Of a stretch of 64,000 nucleotides of DNA, positions 57,524-64,000 are shown one piece after another (the first letter of the stretch is position 1; every line of letters begins with the position of its first letter). The DNA is taken from contig JAEELW010000148.1 of NCBI GenBank assembly GCA_016282915.1, positions 61 to 64,060 of the forward strand, read 5' to 3'. Source of the DNA: Lachnospiraceae bacterium. GTDB taxonomy: Bacteria > Bacillota > Clostridia > Lachnospirales > Lachnospiraceae. The position numbers were made by a program, and so were the translations under genes. The notes under the pieces are model-generated. The model was not told the origin of the DNA and ran no database searches. It worked only from the letters and a program-made list of their open reading frames with translations.

Positions 57524-57594
57524 AAAACCCGGGATGGAGGACCGGTCCGGAGACAGGACCGGCATGGAGTGCTCCTTTTCGGGTTTTTGTTTTA
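57524..57594 (+). terminator. Compound terminator-like structure
   Basis: The outer stem is aaaacccg / cgggtttt. The inner stem is a perfect 7-bp hairpin ccggtcc ggagaca ggaccgg. It is followed by tttttgtttt. Confidence 0.5.
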
Positions 57595-57644
57595 TCCCTT
57601 CCCGGAGGGGGAGCTTTCCGTATATGGGAAGACCGGGGTGACGT

Positions 57645-58481
57645 ATGGCTGAACGAAGGATGCGGATAGCGGCGGAGGATCTGAAAAGGCCGGAGCTCGC
57701 GCCGTTTTCGGAGAGTTCCGAGGTGCAGCTGAGGCGCTGCAATGAGCCTGCGCCGGGCTGTTTTATCGCCGAGAGCCTCAGGGTCATCGGCCGGGCACTG
57801 GATGCGGGTTATGAAGCGCTCTCGCTGCTGATCGAGGAGCGGCATCTGGGCGAAGAAACAGTGAAACGCTGCGGGGATATCCCGGTCTATGTGGGCGAAG
57901 CGGAAGTGCTCAGCACGCTGGCCGGTTATAAACTCACCGGAGGCGCCCTGTGCCTGATGCGGAGAAAGGCGCTGCCGGAGCTTTCCGGCGTTTTGGAACA
58001 TGCAGGCCGTGTCGTCGTGCTGGAGGGTATCAGCAATCCGACGAATGTGGGTGCGATCTTCCGTTCGGCAGCGGCTCTCGGGGCGGATGCGCTGCTGCTC
58101 ACCCCGGACTGCAGCGATCCCCTGTACCGCAGGGCGGCGAGGGTGTCCATGGGAACGGTCATGTCCCTGCCCTGGTGCTATTTCGGAAAGAACCGTTTAA
58201 GTGATGTGGCAGTGCTGCATAAGGCCGGTTTTACCGTACTCGCCATGGCGCTTCAGGAGGATGCCGTACGGCTCGGGGAAAGCGCTCCGTGGAAGGGGCG
58301 CAGGCTTGCGGTCATATTGGGAAATGAAAACGACGGTCTGTCGCCGGAGACCGTCAGAGAGTGCGATGCAAGCGTACTCATCCCGATGATGAACGGCGTG
58401 GATTCGCTGAATGTCGCAGCAGCTTCGGCCGTGGCTTTCTGGGAGCTTTTTAAGGGAGTTCCCGGCGGAAGCAGAGGATAA
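57645..58481 (+). CDS. TrmH/SpoU-family RNA 2'-O-methyltransferase
   Basis: SpoU motifs LEGISNPTNVGAIFRSAAALG, VILGNENDGLS and IPMMNGVDSLNVAAASAVAFWE. Confidence 0.85.
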   Translation: MAERRMRIAAEDLKRPELAPFSESSEVQLRRCNEPAPGCFIAESLRVIGRALDAGYEALSLLIEERHLGEETVKRCGDIPVYVGEAEVLSTLAGYKLTGGALCLMRRKALPELSGVLEHAGRVVVLEGISNPTNVGAIFRSAAALGADALLLTPDCSDPLYRRAARVSMGTVMSLPWCYFGKNRLSDVAVLHKAGFTVLAMALQEDAVRLGESAPWKGRRLAVILGNENDGLSPETVRECDASVLIPMMNGVDSLNVAAASAVAFWELFKGVPGGSRG

Positions 58482-58494
58482 TGAGGATCTCTTT

Positions 58495-60378
58495 ATGAAA
58501 AGAAAGCTTGCGGTATGCGCAAACGGATGGAGTATGGATGCCCTGACCAGAGCTCTGGAGGGTTTCAGGAAGTATGCCGAAAAAGAAGATTTCGACATCT
58601 TTGTGTTCATCAGTTTTGCGTCCTACAGCGTGCATAAAACCCTGATGCAGGGAGAACTGAACATATACCGTTCCTGCAGGCCGGAGGAATATGACGGGAT
58701 CGTCATTTTTTCCAGCATGATGAATTCCGATGATACGGTACGGGAGATCTGTGACAGGGCAAAGGAAAAGAATGTTCCCGTGGTGAGCATCGGCATGGAG
58801 CTGGAGGGCGTTTCCTCCATCCATATCGGGAATGAGATGGGAATGCGCGGGATCGTGACCCATCTGATCGAAGCCCATGGAGTGAAAGATATCTTTTTCA
58901 TGGGAGGCACGGAGGACCATGTCGACAGCCGGGAGCGGCTGGAGGTCACCAGGAAGGTGATGGAGGAGCACGGCCTGTGCCTTAAGGATGAGGATGTGGG
59001 CTACGGGAAATGGTCCAACAAGCGTACGGTGGACGCTCTGGAAGAGATGTTTGAAAAGAGAAAGAAACTTCCGGAAGCCATCGTCTGTGCCAATGATATC
59101 ATGGCGCTTGCAGTGTGCACCGAGCTGGAACGCAGAGGGATACGGGTCCCGCAGGATGTGGCCGTGACCGGCTTTGACGATACGGACAACGGCAGGATCT
59201 TTTATCCGGCGCTTACAACGGTATTGCAGGATTATTCGCTGGTGGCCAAAAGGGCCTGTGAGCTGATCTTTAAGAAGAGAAAAAACAGAGAGCCGCAGAA
59301 GCTGGTCGTGCCGGCGGTGCCGGTGATCGCGGAAAGCTGCGGCTGCGGGAAGAAGGCGGCATATACAAAACTGCGTCAGCGGTATTGCAGCCATTCCTTC
59401 CAGCGGAATACGGAAGCCAATCTGCTTGAACAGAACGAAAGAGTCATGCGGGAAAGGATCTCGGATGTGACGGATTATGAAGACATGATCCAAAAGCTCC
59501 GCGGGCATTATCTCGAAAATCATCAGTTTGAAGGCTCGGCTTTTTATCTCGTGCTGAGCCGGGAATACTTCAAGGATATCACGGCTACGGACCGGGAGCT
59601 GTGTGAAAACGGCCTGCAGGGCACGCTGGATGTGGCGGTTGCCATAAAAAACGATGAGCAGCAGGAAGTTTATGAGGTTCCGGCCGATATGCTGATCCCC
59701 GCATATGAGAAAAAGGCAAACATACAGCATATATTCTACCTCTGTCCCCTGCATTATTTCGAAAACAATTACGGTTATGTGGTGTTCCGGGACCGGCCCA
59801 TGATGCTGAACGAGTCCATGATGTACCCCTATCTGGAGAAAATGATGCAGTCGCTGCGTCTGCTGCGCGTCAACCTGCGCCTGAAGTATCTTTATGACAA
59901 GGATCCGCTGACCGGTCTTTATAACCGCCTCGGATATGAGAATAAAGCACTTCCGCTGTATGAGAAGAGCCTGGAGACGCGCTCGGAGCTGACAGTCCTC
60001 TTCGTGGATATCAATTCCATGAAGGGTATCAACGATCATTACGGGCACGAACAGGGCGATAACGCGATCCGTACCGTGGCGGAGGCCATCAACGATACCC
60101 TGCAGAAGGACTGGGTGGCGGTGCGTTTCGGCGGAGACGAATTCCTGGTGATCGTGCCGGACTGTGACCGCTTGCGTGCCGCGCAGGTGAGGCAGAAGAT
60201 CCGCGAACGTCTGCAGTTCCGGAGAAGGGAGAGCGGGCTTCCTTACCAGCTGACGGTGAGCATCGGTTATGTGACGACGGATCCGAAGAGGCGCCGGGAT
60301 GCCAGCCTGAAGGATTATGTCAGCGAGGCGGATTCGCTGATGTATCAGATCAAAAAAGAGATGCACGACGGCGAATAG
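58495..60378 (+). CDS. Diguanylate cyclase with N-terminal periplasmic-binding-protein (LacI-type) fold
   Basis: KLAVCANGWS...VIFSSM...VCANDIMALAV is the PBP fold. The GGDEF domain has RFGGDEF. Same architecture as 38433-40337. Confidence 0.85.
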   Translation: MKRKLAVCANGWSMDALTRALEGFRKYAEKEDFDIFVFISFASYSVHKTLMQGELNIYRSCRPEEYDGIVIFSSMMNSDDTVREICDRAKEKNVPVVSIGMELEGVSSIHIGNEMGMRGIVTHLIEAHGVKDIFFMGGTEDHVDSRERLEVTRKVMEEHGLCLKDEDVGYGKWSNKRTVDALEEMFEKRKKLPEAIVCANDIMALAVCTELERRGIRVPQDVAVTGFDDTDNGRIFYPALTTVLQDYSLVAKRACELIFKKRKNREPQKLVVPAVPVIAESCGCGKKAAYTKLRQRYCSHSFQRNTEANLLEQNERVMRERISDVTDYEDMIQKLRGHYLENHQFEGSAFYLVLSREYFKDITATDRELCENGLQGTLDVAVAIKNDEQQEVYEVPADMLIPAYEKKANIQHIFYLCPLHYFENNYGYVVFRDRPMMLNESMMYPYLEKMMQSLRLLRVNLRLKYLYDKDPLTGLYNRLGYENKALPLYEKSLETRSELTVLFVDINSMKGINDHYGHEQGDNAIRTVAEAINDTLQKDWVAVRFGGDEFLVIVPDCDRLRAAQVRQKIRERLQFRRRESGLPYQLTVSIGYVTTDPKRRRDASLKDYVSEADSLMYQIKKEMHDGE

Positions 60379-60451
60379 CTGTATTTAAGGGTCGGAGCAG
60401 ACGGAAGTCTGAACGGTGCGGATCCGGGGACGGATCCTGACGGAGGAAGCG

Positions 60452-62584
60452 ATGGATAAAGGCGGACGGACGGAACAGTTCCGCTATAAGCAGAATATCT
60501 GGACCCTGCTCTTCTGTTTTGGGGCGATCATGCTGAACCTGCTGCTGGGATATCTGGTATCCCTGTCGGGACTGCCACTCTATCTGGATACGGTGGGGAC
60601 GGTTACGGTCGCTGCCCTTGGCGGGTATCTTCCCGGGGTGGCCGTTGGCTTTGTCACGAACATCGTCAAAAGCATAAGCGACCCTGCCTCTCTCTATTAC
60701 GGCGTACTCAACGTGCTGATCGCCGTTGCAGCTGCTTTTCTGGCCGAGCGCGGCTGTTTCAGGAAGATACGCGGCATTATCGTATGCATCCTTGTCTTTA
60801 CGCTGATCGGCGGAGGGATCGGCGCCCTGATCCCCTGGTTTATGAACGAACTGTCTTTCGACAGCGAATCCTTAAGCGGCCTGTTGTATGGAACAGGATA
60901 TTTTAATCTGTTTATATCCCACCTTCTTTCCAGTCTGATCATGGATCTTCCGGACAAAGCCTTGACGGTCTTCCTCGCGCTTTTCCTGATGCGCATCATC
61001 CCGAAGCGCGCATACTCCTTCTTCCGTTTCCAGATCTGGATGCAGGAAGCGCCGGAAGATGCGGGAAAAGGGATGCGGGGACGTTTTCGCGTACGCGTAC
61101 TTTCCCTGCGGGTAAAGACTCTTCTGGTGCTCATCTTTTCGCTGTTTACCGTGGCGATGGTAGGAACGGTGGTCAGCGTACGGGTTTATCACAAGACCAT
61201 ACTGAACGAGCATACGATCCTGGCGAAAGGAACGGCGAGCCTGGCCGCGGAGGTGCTGGACGGTGACCGTATCGACGGCTGGCTGGAAAACGGCGGGGGG
61301 GAAGCTTATGTGGAAACGGAAAAGCTTCTGGAGAAGATCCTTGCCAGTTCGCCGGAGATCTCTTATATCTACGTGTACAGGATGGAGAAGGAAGGCTTTC
61401 TCGTGGTCTTTGATATCGATACGGAAGATCTTCCGGGAGCAAAGATCGGCTCGCTCCTTCCCTATGACGAGGGTTTTACGCCGTATATCCCGAGGCTTCG
61501 TTCCGGCCTGGAGGTGGAGCCTTTCATTACCGATGATGAATACGGCCATCTGCTGACGGCGGCGGAGCCGGTATTTGATTCGAAGGGAGAATGTGTATGC
61601 TACGCCATCGCGGATGTGGATATGGAGAGGCTGCTCGGCAACGAGCGCAGCTTTCTTATGGAGCTGATCTCGGTCTTTCTGGGCTTTTTCATCCTGCTCT
61701 GTGCCTTCGTGATCTGGCTGATCGATTATCACGTCATTTATCCGGTCCGCTCCATCACGACGCAGATCGACAGCATTTCCGCCAATGCGGATACGCAGAA
61801 AGAGCTGGACGATCATGTGAAAAAGCTGCGGAAGCTCAATGTTCACACCGGCGACGAGATCGAGAAGCTCTACCAGTCCCTCTGCCGCATGACCTTAAGT
61901 CAGGCCGAACAGACCAGGAGCATACGGCAGCTGTCGGAGACTACGGCGAAGATGCAGGAAGGCCTGATCGTTACCATGGCGGACATGGTGGAAAACCGGG
62001 ATTCGGATACCGGTGCGCATATCCAGAAGACGGCCGCCTACGTGATGATCATTGCGGAAGGCCTGAAAAATAAGGCTTACTATCTGGAAAAACTCACACC
62101 GCAGTTCCTTTCGGATGTGGTGCGTTCCGCGCCTCTTCATGACGTGGGCAAGATCAATATCCCGGACAATGTGCTCAACAAGCCCGGGAAACTGACGCCG
62201 GAGGAATTCGAGATCATGAAGACCCATACCACGGCGGGGAAAAAGATCATGGAACACGCCATCAGTACGGTCCGGGGTGAAAACTATCTGAAAGAGGCCA
62301 GGAACATGGCGGCGTACCATCATGAGCGCTGGGACGGGAAGGGCTATCCGGAAGGTCTGCACGGGGAAGTGATACCGCTTTCGGCACGGATCATGGCGGT
62401 GGCGGATGTTTTCGACGCGCTCACTTCGCCCAGGGTATATAAACCCGCATTTCCGCTGGAAAAGGCTCTTTCAATCCTGCAGGAGGGCAGCGGTACGCAG
62501 TTTGATCCGAAATGCGTGGAAGTCTTTATGGAATCGCTGACCGAGGTCAAGATCGTGTTGAAGAAGTATAATCAGGATGTGTAA
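60452..62584 (+). CDS. Membrane-bound HD-GYP domain c-di-GMP phosphodiesterase-like protein
   Basis: About 6 N-terminal TM helices, a sensor-like region, another TM helix, then HDVGK and HHERWDGKGYPEGL (HD-GYP). The ATG at 60452 follows GGAGGAAG. Confidence 0.9.
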   Translation: MDKGGRTEQFRYKQNIWTLLFCFGAIMLNLLLGYLVSLSGLPLYLDTVGTVTVAALGGYLPGVAVGFVTNIVKSISDPASLYYGVLNVLIAVAAAFLAERGCFRKIRGIIVCILVFTLIGGGIGALIPWFMNELSFDSESLSGLLYGTGYFNLFISHLLSSLIMDLPDKALTVFLALFLMRIIPKRAYSFFRFQIWMQEAPEDAGKGMRGRFRVRVLSLRVKTLLVLIFSLFTVAMVGTVVSVRVYHKTILNEHTILAKGTASLAAEVLDGDRIDGWLENGGGEAYVETEKLLEKILASSPEISYIYVYRMEKEGFLVVFDIDTEDLPGAKIGSLLPYDEGFTPYIPRLRSGLEVEPFITDDEYGHLLTAAEPVFDSKGECVCYAIADVDMERLLGNERSFLMELISVFLGFFILLCAFVIWLIDYHVIYPVRSITTQIDSISANADTQKELDDHVKKLRKLNVHTGDEIEKLYQSLCRMTLSQAEQTRSIRQLSETTAKMQEGLIVTMADMVENRDSDTGAHIQKTAAYVMIIAEGLKNKAYYLEKLTPQFLSDVVRSAPLHDVGKINIPDNVLNKPGKLTPEEFEIMKTHTTAGKKIMEHAISTVRGENYLKEARNMAAYHHERWDGKGYPEGLHGEVIPLSARIMAVADVFDALTSPRVYKPAFPLEKALSILQEGSGTQFDPKCVEVFMESLTEVKIVLKKYNQDV

Positions 62585-62599
62585 AGGAAGATCCGAAGC

Positions 62600-63937
62600 A
62601 TGAGATATTTTGTGATCGCATTTCTTCTGCTCTTTGCCGCAGCCCTTGTGTTCTGGCTGGTGAGGCGCGGGATGATCATAAGGAGACAGTACCGGGAACT
62701 GGCAAGGGCCAGGGATGAGGCGGAACAGGCAGGCGGTGCAAAGAACCGTTTTCTGGCCAATATCTCCCAGGACATCCTTACGCCCATCAATACCATCATG
62801 GGACTGGACCAGATGATCCTGAGGGAGGACGCAAAGGACGTACCGAAAGAGTATCTGGCGTCCGTGACCGCTTATGCGGCGGAAGTAAAAAAGGCGTCGG
62901 AAGCCCTTATGGTGCTGGTGGGGGATCTGCTGGAGCTTTCGAGGCTCGAATCGGAGGGGCTTTCCCTTTCGGAAAGAGAATACGACGTGCGTGAAATGCT
63001 CCTTCCGCTGCTCTCGGCGGTAAAGGGAAGATGCGCGGCCAAGGGCCTGGAATTTAAAGCTGAAGTGGATGAGATGCTCCCGGGGAGAATGTACGGTGAT
63101 GTGTCAAAGATACGGCAGATCCTTCTGAGCCTCCTCATCAATGCCGTGAAATATACCGATGTGGGCAGGGTCATGATGGAAGTGTCCATGGAGGAAAGAA
63201 CGGATATGCAGTGCGTGCTGCGCTTCCGGATCACGGATACCGGTATGGGCATGAAAAAGGAGGAGCTGGAGCAGATCCGCAGGCTTCTTGAGGAAACGGA
63301 GGATCATAACGGACCGGTTTTCGGCAGCATTTCGGGACTCGGGATCTCGGCAAGATACGCTTCGATCCTGGGAGGAAAGCTTGCCTGCGAGAGCACCTAT
63401 GGCGAGGGTACGGAGTTTTCCTTCCGCCTTCCGCAGAAGATCGAAGACGCGTCGCCCATAGGCAGCGTCAGCGAAGCGGAAGAGAGCCTGGACCGTGCGT
63501 CCTATGTCCCGCAGTTTATTGCTCCGGACTGTGACGTGCTGATCGCGGATGATGACCCCGTGAATCTGGAGGTGATCCGTGGCCTGCTTCAGGCAACGAA
63601 GGTATTTGTCACCACGGCGCTTACCGGAGAGGAATGTCTCCAGAAGGTACGGAATGCGAGATATCATGTCGTTATCCTTGGGCATCTTTCTTCCGGCTAC
63701 GACGGCTGGGAGACGCTTAGGAGGATACGCGCCGTTGATGAGAAGCTTCCGGTCTATGCCCTGACGGCAAAGGGAAGGGAAGCGGAGGAAGAATACCTGG
63801 CCGGGGGCTTCAGCGGGCAGCTGGCCAAACCGGTGGACGTGAGGGAACTGGAGCGGATCATCATGCGTCATATCCCGGAGAGCATGATGGAAAGGCGCGG
63901 GGATAAGGTTTCGGCCGGAACCGGAAAGGAAGCATAA
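62600..63937 (+). CDS. Hybrid histidine-kinase-like protein with degenerate phospho-acceptor sites
   Basis: TM helix. The H-box reads FLANISQDILTPIN, with Gln where His is expected. HATPase_c N-box LINAVKYT, G1 DTGMGM and G2 GLGIS are intact. The receiver has ADDD and KP, but the phospho-Asp position reads ILGHL. Confidence 0.85.
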   Translation: MRYFVIAFLLLFAAALVFWLVRRGMIIRRQYRELARARDEAEQAGGAKNRFLANISQDILTPINTIMGLDQMILREDAKDVPKEYLASVTAYAAEVKKASEALMVLVGDLLELSRLESEGLSLSEREYDVREMLLPLLSAVKGRCAAKGLEFKAEVDEMLPGRMYGDVSKIRQILLSLLINAVKYTDVGRVMMEVSMEERTDMQCVLRFRITDTGMGMKKEELEQIRRLLEETEDHNGPVFGSISGLGISARYASILGGKLACESTYGEGTEFSFRLPQKIEDASPIGSVSEAEESLDRASYVPQFIAPDCDVLIADDDPVNLEVIRGLLQATKVFVTTALTGEECLQKVRNARYHVVILGHLSSGYDGWETLRRIRAVDEKLPVYALTAKGREAEEEYLAGGFSGQLAKPVDVRELERIIMRHIPESMMERRGDKVSAGTGKEA

Positions 63938-63942
63938 CGCGG

Positions 63943-64000
63943 ATGTTCGAACTGATCAGGACACATCAACTGAACGTGATGCTCGTACTCAGCGGAGTGG
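63943..64000 (+). CDS. 5' end of an ORF running off the window (hydrophobic N-terminus)
   Basis: ATG at 63943 encodes MFELIRTHQLNVMLVLSGV... Only 19 codons are visible. Confidence 0.3.
   Translation, partial: MFELIRTHQLNVMLVLSGV

Noticed and set aside
58450-60366. Very long antisense ORFs opposite confidently called genes. Examples are 58450-60366 (638 aa), 27076-29049 (657 aa), 38199-39809, 32516-33802, 33606-34871, 35507-36790, 29046-30200, 30832-31839, 52278-53378, 18353-19336 and 47868-48695.
   Set aside because: The sense strand carries canonical motifs (GGDEF, Walker boxes, etc.). The antisense products are Arg/His/Pro/Gln-rich and low in complexity. The 58450-60366 ORF is codon-aligned with the sense frame, so antisense stops would need the sense codons TTA, CTA or TCA, which appear rare here. 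These are shadow ORFs.
1-64000. CRISPR arrays, rRNA genes, IS elements or transposases, prophage genes, and recognisable toxin-antitoxin or restriction-modification modules.
   Set aside because: I found no regularly spaced identical repeats, no rRNA-like sequence, and no DDE, serine-recombinase, tyrosine-recombinase or phage structural motifs in any sizeable ORF.

Overview
The window looks like a chromosomal segment of a Clostridia/Lachnospiraceae-type Firmicute, judged from gene content and RBS style; I cannot verify this here. By eye there are two compositional zones. About 1-15.3 kb is AT-richer and holds small accessory genes (GNATs, MarR, XRE-TPR, VanZ, SDR, a lipoprotein), gene fragments and nonsense-interrupted ORFs. 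About 15.4-64 kb is GC-richer and densely coding, almost all on the + strand. It contains a ParB/Srx-like plus NDK-like pair, GT2-glmS, htrA and clpX. A 1.9-kb ORF-free gap follows, ending in an AT-rich stretch with an array of TTATGTAAAC-like motifs. Next come a 1044-aa repeat-rich type-I surface protein and two overlapping ClpX paralogues that lack the zinc finger and have altered pore loops. After these lie several c-di-GMP genes (3 GGDEF, 1 HD-GYP), MATE, tRNA-Leu(UAG), GDPD and an FHA membrane protein. A tightly packed 11-kb glycopolymer operon ends in a kinase-like/HAD/nucleotidyltransferase/radical-SAM cassette. The rest is a vWA lipoprotein, a GntR-ABC module, TrmH, and a hybrid histidine-kinase-like protein lacking both phospho-acceptor residues. 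I saw no CRISPR array, rRNA, transposase or integrase. The best candidate for an undescribed system is the surface protein plus tandem ClpX-like pair (25.8-32.2 kb). All calls come from reading motifs by eye, with no database searches.
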